This document shows positions 25,765 through 37,590 of a DNA stretch of 64,000 nt, piece after piece (the first letter of the stretch is position 1; the number at the start of each line of letters is the position of its first letter). The notes beneath the pieces were generated by a model. That model ran no database searches. It saw only the letters and a list, made by a program, of their open reading frames with translations, and was not told where the DNA came from. Both the position numbers and the translations under genes were made by a program. Source of the DNA: Octopus sinensis (taxonomy: Eukaryota); NCBI RefSeq assembly GCF_006345805.1, contig NC_043008.1:15128001-15192000 (forward strand), read 5' to 3'.

Positions 25765-26081
25765 AAAGGGTAAAGACCCCCTTCGGTCATGAATGACCAT
25801 GGGATTGCACCTAGAAAGTTACCCTCCTAGACACAAGTCCGGGCAAGGTTGTTTATGGAAGACCAGTAGTCGCCCATGCATACCAGCCTCCTCCCCTCTC
25901 CACGCCACCAGTGTTATCCAAGGGAAAGACAAAGGTCGATACAGCTTGGCACCAGTGACGTCGCAACTCATTTCTACAGCTGAGTGAACTGGAGCAACGT
26001 GAAATAGAGTGCCTTGCTCAAGAACACAACACGCAGCCCGGTCCGGGATTCGAGCTCATAACCTCACGATCGTAAGCTCGG
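25765..26081 (-). mobile_element. SINE family C variant
   Basis: Reverse complement has B-box-like 'gctcgaatccc' and the 'cttgagcaaggcactc…ttcacgttgctccagttcactcagctg' body. Confidence 0.75.
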
Positions 26082-26138
26082 TACATTATTTTCATTATTT
26101 ACTTTCAACGGATATTTGTCCTCATCTTGTTTGTTGTT

Positions 26139-26186
26139 AACACAACGTTTCGGCGGATATATCCTCCAGCCCTCATCAGGTGTCTT
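26139..26186 (-). ncRNA. Minimal type-I hammerhead within a probable Penelope pseudo-LTR fragment (about 26090-26225)
   Basis: Stem I GACAC/GUGUU; CUGAUGA plus one extra nt; stem II GGC(U)GGA/UCCGCC; GAAA; loop-less palindromic stem III AACGUU; triplet GUU. Confidence 0.7.
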
Positions 26187-26327
26187 GGGGAAATTTCGAA
26201 CCTTGGTTCTCATTACAAAGGTAATATATATATATATATGTATAATAATAAATATTAGGGAATAAATCCAAACTTACAGGGAAAAATCAGATTTAGGATT
26301 GAATCCAATTTTATAGTAAAATATTAT

Positions 26328-26624
26328 ATTATATTAAATTAGAGACAAAACCACTATTAGGTAAATCAAACAATGAAAACCTTAAGCCAATACATATGAT
26401 TAATTTATATTATTTAAATATGTAACAAAATTATTAAAAAAATAATGACTGCGACTCAAAAATTTGAAGACAGCAGGCATGAAACGATCGTAGTGTGATA
26501 TTAATTATATTTTTTAAATAATTTTGTTACATATTTAAATAATATAAATTAATCATATGTATTGGCTTACGTTTTTCATTGTTTGATTTGCCTAATAGTG
26601 GTTTTGTCTCTAATTTAATATAAT
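26328..26624. repeat. Long inverted repeat, about 117-bp arms and 63-bp spacer
   Basis: 26328-26444 is the reverse complement of 26508-26624 with few mismatches. Confidence 0.9.
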
Positions 26625-26633
26625 GTATATATG

Positions 26634-26671
<38 letters not shown>

Positions 26672-27124
26672 TATATGTATGTATGTATGTATGTATATAT
26701 ATATACACACACATATATGTGCGTGTGCGTGCGTGGTGTATGCATGTATGTGCATGTACATACACACACACATATGCATGTACGCACACACACACACACA
26801 CAACTGGATTTTGCACAGTTTCTTTCTCTCAAGTATTTTTAAAAACATTGATCGACCTGACGATTTAGGAGAAGACTGTTACTTAGGGGCTCACCATGTG
26901 GAATCGAACCCCAAACAATGTGTTTGTAAGACTTGTCATTATATAAATACCCATGTCCTCATTTATATAAATACATAGAAAAGTGTGTAATGACGACGAC
27001 TTTATTAGGAAGTAGTGGAAAATAATGTACGACGTATGTAGGGGACAAACAATTTCTGTGCAACAATGTTTAACGTATAGTTATTGTTAGGTTTAACATT
27101 TCTTTCGTTTATGTAGCAAAATAT

Positions 27125-27980
27125 TGGTTTCAAATTTTGACACGGGGACCAGAAATTTCGGGTTAGTGGTAAGAGAATCCCATCATTCTTTGCTGAAAGT
27201 AGTATTTATTTTATCGACGGCAGAAATTGAACTCAGAACGTAAAGACAGCCTGAATACTGCTACGTATTTTGCCAGGCGGGATAATGATACTGCCAGCTT
27301 GTAGCCTTAATTGATGACTGTGAATGTGGGAGTTGGAAAAAACAAACAGCAACAAAAATGAACCAACGTGGACTTATTAATATTCATAACATATGAACGA
27401 AAATGGCGGTGGATTGGCAGAATATACTTCATGTAGAGTAGTTTTAGTTGATTCCTTTGACATTTTCAGTTCAAATCGCAGGCCGACTTTGCCTTTTATC
27501 TTCCTACGTTCAATGAATATAAAATGTAAATGTCAAATATTGCGGATCGATATAATAGAGTGTCCCTTCGTCTCCTCGCCACTCGCAAACACATATACCC
27601 GCAAAAAATTGTGGCTTTTTATCCCTAATAGAAATTAATCCGAAATATATTTTTGTTGCATTGGCAGATGTTCCGGAAATGTTTTGAAGACAAAGTCCAT
27701 GGCTGGTACTTTAATTTGTCAAATTTGGAAAGATGAATGGAAATTCAACTTCGGCGCGATTGAACCCAGGACGTAAATGTCCGGAACCTATAAATCGTAA
27801 ACGCAATTTTCTGAAGTCTAAGCGATTCCGCCAAATCAACATCCTTTTATTTGAGAAATAATTATTTCAAATTTTGGCACAAGGCAAGCAAATTTTACGG
27901 AAGGGTGGGTAGGTCGATTAATTCGACCCCAGTTTGCAACTAGGACTTATTTTATCGCCCCCAAAGGGATGAAAGGATAA
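27125..27980 (-). mobile_element. Cluster of old SINE family B fragments
   Basis: Recurrent 'ttttatcgac', 'attgaac(t/c)cag(a/g)acgtaaa' and 'gattccgcca' motifs at about 27125-27310, 27700-27830 and 27865-27980. Confidence 0.55.
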
Positions 27981-28624
27981 GCACCCTTATGTTCGAAAAA
28001 TAATGCTACATCATTTAAGATGCGTTATAATCTAGATTGGCAAAAAGAGAATAGAAAGAAAAGAGAAAAGAAAAGAATGATTATTACATCAGCAACAAAC
28101 TAACAATATCGTTGCTTCGATTTGGTTCTTGACAGAAGAAATAAATTTTTTGGAAAGGTACACGAAATAGCAATAAATGGCAATATTAAAATATAAGACT
28201 GGTAGAAACGTATTGAGGCATAAATTAATAACTGAACTGAAAGAATCAAAATATTAGAAGCACCCCAAGTTCACCCAAAATTCTACTATATTACGAAACA
28301 TTACGTAAATAAAACATAAAGTTTTATGGTAATGAACTAATGGCGTCGTCGTCGTCAAGTACTTGTCTAACATGCTAGAAAAAGCAGTAAAAACAATAAA
28401 ATCTTGCTGAAGTCAAATATCTCTCGTTTTGCCAAGACTCTCAGTTTCTCTCTATACTCCATTTAATCAGCCAGGCTATTGTATTTGATGTTGCCAAACT
28501 ATGAACATCTTTGACTGTATTTTGCTCTCCTCTCCTCCATGATTCCGGATGGTCTTTGACAATGATTCGTGACTCAAGTAATGCTAAAAATATGATAGCT
28601 TTGAGGATTTGATTCTCCAAAATA

Positions 28625-29112
28625 CCGTAAATCCTCGAGTATAATCCCTAGTGCGTACTATATACGAGGTTAAAAATGAAAAATATTTTCTAAGCAATGT
28701 CCGAGTCTCTATTTGCTGTCCGGCAATGTTTATTCAGACGCATTTTGTGATGTCGGGCACGAAAATACCTTAAGCTAAGCCTGAAAGCAATGCAGTCATA
28801 AAAGAATCATCCATAACTTGCAGTAAACAACATTTATTAAAATAAAAGCATTCAGAACACAGAATAACATGTAACAAAAACAATTTGCAAACATATTTAC
28901 ATTCCCATATAACAGTTAAGAACATCACCATTATTGCATTACGCATGTGCGGAAGCGTTTGTTCGACTAGGTGCTGTTGGCTTAATTATGCACTATTCAA
29001 GTTAGAGAAGGCGTGCGTATTATACACAAGGTTTAGGTTTTTCAGAAGTACAACCCCCTAAAAATCCCCTGCGTATTATACCCAAGGGCGGACTATACTC
29101 GAGGATTTACGG
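28625..29112. mobile_element. Tc2/pogo-like MITE (CCGTA termini, TA TSD)
   Basis: Perfect 19-bp TIR 'ccgtaaatcctcgagtata' / 'tatactcgaggatttacgg', TA on both sides, no ORF. Confidence 0.88.
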
Positions 29113-29178
29113 TAGGTATCTTTGGACCTTTAGCTTTTGTAGGATTACAAAATTTGTTACTTTGTCTTTCCAGCTTAC

Positions 29179-29268
29179 TCTGACCAATCTACGAAAGATC
29201 TAGATTCTAAGTCCATCGCTCTGTTCATTGATCAAGATTCAGTCCCGTTAGCCGTGATTGTCCAAGTG
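29179..29268 (-). other. Candidate 90-nt exon (possible alternative start exon)
   Basis: Acceptor 'ttgttactgttcag|', donor 'AGA|gtaagc'. Stops in all frames at the 5' end, then ATG at 29228 gives MNRAMDLESRSFVDWS. A + strand acceptor at 29173 is an equally plausible reading. Confidence 0.25.
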
Positions 29269-29790
29269 CTGAACAGTAACAAGACATTGTTATATTCTAC
29301 TTCTACATTATTACATTGTATTGTGTCTTTACTCTTCACTACAAAATAGAGATTATAATTTCAGCCAACGGAAGAACCTCTCGGGATATGGACATAAGAT
29401 CAGATAGAGCTAGTAGCCATATCCCCTTTATGTTTCATCCTATCGTCCTAGAGAAAAGGGCATCTGAACAAATGGCAAGATGACCACAGCTAGAATAACT
29501 CATAAGTGCAGGAGAGGGGCTGACGTGGGGTGAAAAGATAAGCAATTATTTACTTCTTTTACTTCGCCTCTCGAATAGTAAAAACAGCAGCTAAGTCGTC
29601 TAAATCCAAATAAAATGGTAAGACAAAGTAGATTAATATAGTTAACCATCGTCATACTTCATCGATATAGACTCTTAATAGCCGAGTTCTTTCAGTAGTT
29701 GTCTAGAGATAATATTGAGAAAATAACCTCTTACAGATGTACTATCTTAAAAACGATTAATATTAAAGGGAGGTAAAAGTTCGTTCCAGC

Positions 29791-29855
29791 GGCTGTGAGA
29801 ACCCCAGACATGTTTCGGTTTTGGTTAACCTTTTCAATAGCGCATACCTACAGCC
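29791..29855 (-). ncRNA. Type-I hammerhead ribozyme with extended stem I
   Basis: Core UUGAAAA; stem II GGUU-aaccaa-AACC; GAAA; stem III ACAUGU (palindrome); GUC triplet; proximal stem I CUA/UGG and distal GGCUGU/ACAGCC. Confidence 0.72.
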
Positions 29856-30787
29856 GTATGCTCGGGGGAGAGTTATTCGTCTCCAATATAAAAAAAAAAA
29901 CCGTGAAAAATATAGCCATCTATGTTTTATTTTTGCTGTAAATATATTGTCGATATTCTTGTCACAGCAGTATTTGTCTTGAAATAATATCTCTTATGGA
30001 AGAACTGTATTAAAAACAGAATATCAAAGAAAGACGAAGATAAGTCGCAGCATAGGTCAGTGAAAACGCTAGATGGCTCTCGGCCTTTTACCTACATCAT
30101 ATGTAAAGGATTATTGTTCCATCATATGATTGATTGAGCTGCAGATAGCAATGATAGCACCTCGAATCACACCTTATAATATTAGAATAAAATTTTATAA
30201 TTGGACGAGGTTAAATTAAAGATATAATTTTCTAAACGAAAATTAATACGAGTTTGTCACGACTCGAATCCCATTAATCATAGGTTTGCATGACCTGCCC
30301 TGAAACAAATTAACAGCATCCTTTGTTAGTTTTATGTTTATTGAATAGATATGGATAGGGACACGTTGTTGGGTCCACATCGACCTTGTACCCGAGAGTT
30401 AAAGCCCTTTCTCCATTCGGTCTGGTCTTGTGCCAAACAGCAACAATAGTTAAAATAATAATAAATGAATAAAAGATAAACAAGCCTACAATGTCAGTTG
30501 GTTTTGGGTTGTAACATTAAGCTCGTCGCCCACCACCGACTGAAAGCCGGTTTTGGTTTGATTTTGCTTTTACTAACTTCCGCAAAAGAAAATGATAGAA
30601 TAAGGACCCAATATAAAATAAATACTGGGGTCAATGTGTTCGACTGAATCCATTAACATTTTGTCCGAGCAGAGCAGCAGTCCAATGAATGAAAATTAAA
30701 ATAGCAAACGATAATACACATACACACACACACACCACACACACACACACGCACACACGCATGAACGCACACGTATGTGTGTGTGTG

Positions 30788-30892
<105 letters not shown>

Positions 30893-31280
30893 TTGGGTTG
30901 TCCGGAAACTTCGTGCCGATTTTTAAGGGAAAGATAAATGTCAATAAATACTTGCCATTACATTTTTAACCAACCAAATATGAACCATTTTGTTGCACAT
31001 GCGTCTCCATCTTTCCTTTAACTTGGAAATACCCTCTTCCCAGAATTGGGGGGATTTCATGGCAAAGAATTCACCAAGGTATCTTTTTACGTCATCCAAA
31101 GAATTGAAATTTTTACCATTAAGACTATTCTGCAGAGACCTGGTGAATATGGAGGGTGGGGTGACACATCCCAGCCGAGCTGCAGCAATTTTTGTCTGGT
31201 TCCCGAAGAAACGTGCGGTCTCGCATTATTATGTTGGAAAACAACACCCTTCCTGTTGGCCAATTCGGGCCAATTCTGGA
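30893..31280 (-). mobile_element. Mariner transposon 3' remnant (family X)
   Basis: 'NRKGVVFQHNNARPHVS…LLQLGWDVSPHPPYSP' and downstream C-terminal residues; TA plus TIR 'ttgggttgtccggaaacttcgtgccgattt'. Confidence 0.85.
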
Positions 31281-32260
31281 CACTTGCCCAATGTGCCATA
31301 CAGTGGGTCCGAACCTGGAACCATGTGGCTGGCAAGCAAGCTACCTACTACACAGTGTATGTGTGTATGTGTAATATATATATATATATAATCCAGTCTT
31401 CAGTCATATGCACACACACATACATACAGACATGTATGTGTGTGTGTGTGTGTATAGTTATATATTATATGTAATATTGAGTATTATAAACTTGATTCCA
31501 TTATATCTGAAAAAAAGACAACAAAATAAATAGGGGATAGTCATGAGTGGAACGCCTTTGAACCCTGCTCTACTGTATGAAAGTTAGCTTGTGGCTAAAT
31601 GATCTCAGCCACAACTCCATCACTACAAGCAGAAAAAAGCAAATGAAACACAAAGATACATATTCGCATTTATACGCAGAAACGAACAGACATATTTATT
31701 AACATAATTGAAACATACCAACACACAATGACAGCACACAAATGCTCAAATATCTCAACATTTTATTGCCATAATGGAGTCCTTCAATCGTTATTTATAT
31801 TTACTATACTCAAGTATTGTTGAATGGCCAAGAATTGATAGAAAATATTAATCTAAACTGACCTTTACTTATTTTCTCCTCTTTCACTCTCTCTTACCCG
31901 GAGAAATGATAATTTTTTTTCCCTATTTTCCTTTTTTCCTTTATTTTCTGGAGAACACAAGGTATATAATATACATTGCTTGTCTTCTGCTATTTCCGTG
32001 AAGTGGTTATTCTCCCTCTAAATCTGACACGATAGAGCAACCATTTTCTTGCCTCGTCGATCCACTCAATTTAAGTAGACAAACATAGAATGGCTATACA
32101 TTGAGCAAAAATACAGCGTAAACCGATTGATTGAAAGTATAAGTTATTGATAAGTGGATTTCAATAGAAACAATACATACATACATGCATTGGCATAGGT
32201 CCAAGAAAATATGCCTTTATATATGTATATATGTATATATGTATATAGGTATATATATGT

Positions 32261-32585
32261 GAGGGCGCGTGGCTTAGTGGTTAGGGCATTCGGCTCATGA
32301 TCGTAAGGTTGTGAGTTCGATTCCCGGCGACGCGTTGTGTCCTTGAGCAAGACACTTTATTTCACGTTGCTCCAGTCCACTCAGCTGGCAAAAATGAGTT
32401 GTACTTGTATTTCAAAGGGTCAGCCTTGTCACTCTCTGTGTCACGCTGATTATCCCCGAGAACTACGTTAAGGGTACACGTGTCTGCGGAATGCTCAGCC
32501 ATTTGCACGTTAATTTCACGAGCAAGCTGTTCCGTTGATCGTATCAGCTGGGACCCTCGTCGTCGTAACCGGCGGAGTCTTTTTT
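32261..32585 (+). mobile_element. SINE family C, well preserved
   Basis: A box TGGCTTAGTGG, B box GAGTTCGATTCC, family-C body. Confidence 0.88.
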
Positions 32586-32770
32586 AATATATATGTATGT
32601 ATATATATATGTGTATATATATACATGTATACACACACGCACATATATACTTATACATGATTACATATAACACATGCATCGTATAAGTTATAGGTATATA
32701 TATATATCATATATGTATATATGTATATATATGCACACACATATATATATATATATGTTTCATGTGTTTG

Positions 32771-32804
<34 letters not shown>

Positions 32805-32844
32805 ATATATATACATCTATACATATATATGTATGTGTCTCTTC

Positions 32845-33082
32845 TATTTTTCAATTAATATAACTCTTCCATTGAGGAGGGAGCCGGTTTTCAACAAAGA
32901 TACAAGTTCATTCTCTTGGATGTTAACGCAGACAAATTCACATTTGGAACTTGAGAAAAGTCTTGCATAGTTTTACTGTTCCACTCACAGATTGCACTTG
33001 TAATGTACGAATTAGCCGGTCAATATCCCTTTCTGAAAATCCCAGTTTGTCTAGATTGTCGTTTAAGCATTCACTGACATAT
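32845..33082 (-). mobile_element. 3' end of another RLE-type non-LTR retrotransposon
   Basis: Open frame 'YVSECLNDNLDKLGFSERDIDRLIRTLQVQSVSGTVKLCKTFLKFQM*' (stop 32938-32940) resembles the C-terminus of RLE LINEs; short 3' UTR runs into a TA/CA microsatellite. Confidence 0.55.
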
Positions 33083-33216
33083 GTATGTATCTGCTGGTAT
33101 AGATAGATAGATGCAAGCAGTATAGTCGAATATCTAAAATGCTTTCTTGGAATTCACGAAATACCGTGTTCAATTCCATGAATTGGCAAATGTTGTTTTT
33201 GTATAGTTTCGCGTAG

Positions 33217-33343
33217 ATGTATGTCGGGTATACCAGTATGAGAATTGCATGAGTATTCCGTTACAGATACACGTCTGTACGAAATGCCCTGTTACCATTG
33301 AAATATATATATATATATCATACATACATGCATTGACATACAT

Positions 33344-33385
<42 letters not shown>

Positions 33386-34158
33386 ATCACGTGACCAACC
33401 AGTCCATCAGATGTAGTTACACATCGCTGGTCACAATGCGTTCGCATTGTTTTAGCCTTCAAATGACGCCACACCGCTGAAAGAAAGAGTGGGAGAAATA
33501 GCTTTTAGGTGTTTTCACTCAATAGACACTCACAAGCCCGGTTTGGGAATCGAAACCGCTATCCTACGACCGCGAGTCCGCTACCCTAACCAGTGGGCCA
33601 TTGCGCCTCCATATATATATATATATATAAATTACATCGATCAGTTGTGGCGTTTATTGAAGTAAGGGAGTAAGCCTGCTATATCAACATTCAGTATTTA
33701 ACTGGATCCCAGTTGATCTAGATTGTCGTTTAAGCATTTACTGACATATGTATGTATTTGCAGGTATAGATAGATAGATGCAATATATATATATATCACG
33801 TGATCACGTGACCAACCAGTCCATCAGATGTAGTTACACATCGCGGTCACATCGCTGGTCACAATATATATGTATATAATATATATATTATATAATATAT
33901 ATATATACATATGTATATATATATATATGCAAATATTTATATGCATATTTATCAATGTATGTCAATGCATGTATGATGGACTTGTTGGTCACGTGATCAC
34001 GTGATATATATATATATATATATATGAATGTATGTCAATGCATGTATGTATGATATATATATATATATATATTTCAATGGTAACAGGGCATTTCGTACAG
34101 ACGTGTATCTATAACGGAATACTCATGCAATTCTCATACAGGTATACCCGACATACAT
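33217..34158. repeat. Complex inverted duplication (about 190-bp arms) with internal direct duplications
   Basis: 33217-33409 is inverted at 33974-34158; about 33043-33116 repeats at about 33708-33783; 33380-33435 repeats at about 33797-33865. Confidence 0.85.
33380..33611 (-). mobile_element. tRNA-derived SINE with a different body
   Basis: Reverse complement begins 'tggaggcgcaatggcccactggttaggg…ggtttcgattccc' (A and B boxes). Confidence 0.75.
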
Positions 34159-34171
34159 ATAAATATAAATA

Positions 34172-34290
34172 CAGTGAGGCGATAAAAGGTAAGGTTGACC
34201 TTGGTGGGGTTTGAAATCAGAACGTAAACGACCGGAAGAAATGCCGCTAAGCGTTTTGTCTGACGAGCTAAAGGTATTACCGGATCGCCT
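34172..34290 (-). mobile_element. SINE family B fragment
   Basis: 'aaaggtaaggttgacctt…tttgaaatcagaacgtaaac…aaatgccgctaagc'. Confidence 0.6.
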
Positions 34291-34419
34291 TATATTTATG
34301 TATGTATGTATGTATGTATGGATGTATGTATGTATGTATGTATGTATGTATGTATGTATGTATGTATGTATGCATGTATATATGTATGTATGCGTGTGTG
34401 TGTATGTATGTATTTCTTT

Positions 34420-34672
34420 TCTTTTCTTTCTTTTTTTTGTTTCAGTCATTTGACTGCGGCCATGCTGAAGCACGACCTTTGGTCGAACAAATCGATCCCA
34501 GGACTTATTCTTTGGAAGCCTAGTACTTATTCTATCGTTCTCTCTTGCCGAACCGCTAAGTAACGGGAACGTAAACACACCTGCATCGGTTGTGAAGCGA
34601 TGTTGTGGGGACAAACGCAGACACACAAACACATACACACAAACACACATACATAGACACACATACTCACAC

Positions 34673-34726
<54 letters not shown>

Positions 34727-34895
34727 AATACACGACGAGCGTCTTTCAGTTTCCCTCTACCAAATCCACTCACAAGGCTTTAGTCGGCCCGAGGCTATAG
34801 TAGAAGACACCTGTCCAAGGTGCCACGCAGTGGGACTGAACCGGGAACCATGTGGTGGTAACGAAGCTACTAAAAAAACCAGCCACTCCTGCGCC
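34420..34895 (-). mobile_element. SINE family A, full length
   Basis: Complete reverse complement of family A, from head (ggcgcaggagtggctg) to tail, including the internal TA/CA microsatellite. Confidence 0.88.
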
Positions 34896-35213
34896 TATGT
34901 ATGTATGTATGTATTTTTCTTTTACTTGTGTCAGTCATTTGACTGCTTGTACCATACATGAAGGCTTCCATATATGACAGTACATTTGTTATGTATGCAT
35001 GTATGTACACACACACACACACAAATACACACAGACACAAATACACACACACATATACATACATACATACATACATATATATATAATATTATATATATAT
35101 AATATATATATATATAATATTATATGTATATGCACGTACAGAACAATGCATGCTGTTGTGTGTGTATATTTTATATATATATGTATATGTACTGTAATAT
35201 ATATATATAATAT

Positions 35214-35246
<33 letters not shown>

Positions 35247-35701
35247 TATATGTCTATTTGTAAATATGCATATATATATATATATATATATACATACATA
35301 TGTATATATATATATATATATGTAAATAGTTATATGCATATGCGTGTACATGCATATATGCACACATACATGCATATTTTGTCGTGAAGACTAGAATGGA
35401 TCTTTCCATTTCCGTAATGTCGAAATAGGATGTTATTATTATAAACATTCAATATTTGTAAATAGTCAATTATTTGCGTTTACCTTTCACGGGACCCCAT
35501 CAAAATATACGTATTTGCAGTGTAGGGCGCAGCAGTGCATGTGCATGCATGCCGATAATGCTGTTATCGTAGTTAATGCATGTTACTCGAAATCTCCAGA
35601 GAGTGATAGTGAAACAGAAAGAGGAAAAGAGAGAAAGAGAGAAACAGGGAGATAGAGGGAAAGAGAAAGAGAGAAAGTGATTGTGAGAGAGAGCGTAAGA
35701 G

Positions 35702-35774
<73 letters not shown>

Positions 35775-36165
35775 TATATTGAGAGAGAGGGATGGTAGGA
35801 AACATATTTATTAGGATAAACAGGCAGATATATGTATGTGTATGTATCTATATCTATATCTATAAATACATAATACATACATTCATACATTCATGCACAT
35901 ACACACGCACGCACACACAAACATACACACACACGCATGTGTATGTGTGTGTGTGTGTGTGTGTGTGTATTGTTGCATATTTCTATTCTTTTGGGGAATT
36001 TTTCCTTCAGATTAAATGTCCGTAAATGAACAGTTATATTCTATTTATATCCAGTTTCGTTTGCAATATCAGTTTGAAATCTTGTAGAGGTAATCAGATT
36101 TTTATTATTATTATTGTTGCTGTTGTTATTATTGTCATTATTATTGTTATTATTATTATCATTAT

Positions 36166-36706
36166 TGAGTGAGAGAGCAGTGCATACCATCAAAGTAACA
36201 CTGGGGTAAGATATACGAAGCCCAGTATACCCATCATGATTACCCATCTGATAAGGGTGCACCAGACACATGCATCAACCATATGTGCGCTACTTGGTGT
36301 CTCATATAAAGATAAACAGCACGTGACCTTGCAGGTGGGGCACATTTAGAATTTTCATCAGGTTGAGTAGCCCATCCTGCTCAAAAGATCCTTGAACAAA
36401 GGTTTGTTTAAGGATGTTGAACGAAACACCCATGTTTCCAAAGGTGACATGTCTAAGCTCCAAAATAATTCCTCTCAACACATGGCCATGATTCTCCCCC
36501 ACTACTTCTACTCGTGATCAGAGATGGACATATCGTCAGCCACTAAGGGACATGATCAACTGGTTATGGTCAAACAACTGACAAGCAAGTCTGTGGTATT
36601 GAACAGAATATTTGCTTTAGCCCATCTTTTATACCAAGACAAAACAATGTACATGATAACACTTCCACGAGAAGCCACGAGGGCCACTGCCTGGTATTGT
36701 ATCAGG
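36166..36706. mobile_element. Unclassified ~0.6-kb interspersed repeat, copy 2
   Basis: Reverse complement of 19734-20376 with the same termini; flanked by trinucleotide arrays. Confidence 0.75.
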
Positions 36707-36762
36707 ACTGATCACCATCCTCCTCCTCCTCCTCATCATCATCATCATCACCACCACCACCA

Positions 36763-36794
<32 letters not shown>

Positions 36795-37298
36795 CCATAC
36801 ACACATACATATGTATATATATATATAGATTTCTGTTATATATATACATACACACACATGCGATTGACTACCAGGCAGCTTCCGCCTCCTTGATCCAGTC
36901 ACAATGCACACGATAGGAGAAGAGACTTGTGGAAGGCACAACGCAGAGGGATTGAACCCGAAACTACGTGTTTAGAAAGGAAACCTCTTACGCACACAGC
37001 CATGCCTCCGCCTAATCTTTTTTGATCATATTTTTCTGAGTTTCTTCGTAATTTATTTGGACAAATCACATAACTAATTCTATCTTCATCGCACCAGCAG
37101 CTTGCGAAGGTTTTCTGGCGTGTGTAACTTCCTGCTTTATAGTAAACAAATGTTATTTCTGTTGTTGTTTTCGTTCGATTTTATTCGGACGCCATTAACG
37201 GAAGCCTGAAATATCATCGTCTTTATTATACGTCATTTATCAAATGTTTATTCCGTTTATGGCATGTATATGTTATTTTGTCAGTATGCTGCTTTATG

Positions 37299-37383
37299 AA
37301 GTCGTGTGGCCTAGTGGTTACGAGTGTTGCACGCTGCATCGCAAGATCGTTGTTTCTGTTTCTTGATCGGACGGTGTGTTGTA
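37299..37383 (+). mobile_element. SINE family C head, interrupted at a TA by a mariner end
   Basis: 'gtgtggcctagtggtta…gatcgt…gtttc…cggacggtgtgttgTA' followed by a TIR. Confidence 0.6.
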
Positions 37384-37590
37384 TTGGGTTGTCTGGAAAG
37401 TTCGTGCCGATTTATAGTAGCTTACATTTCGACTTATTTTAGAACATGGTTGAGTCCATACTACACCTCCATTTAGAGCACAGTTTAAGCTATTTTTTCG
37501 TGGAAGAAGATTTATGTTTCTACCACCTGTGTTAATTCTGTAACCCTTTAAAATGGAGGATAAGCAAATTCATTTTCGGCACTTGATGCT
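37384..37590 (+). mobile_element. Mariner family X 5' end
   Basis: Same TIR as 30893; ATG at 37553 gives 'MEDKQIHFRHLML', a mariner-type N-terminus. Confidence 0.75.

Noticed and set aside
32261-32335. tRNA-like cloverleaf with A and B boxes (also 952 and 33540-33611)
   Set aside because: Continues into a repeated SINE body and lacks a proper acceptor stem and terminator; a SINE head, not a tRNA gene.
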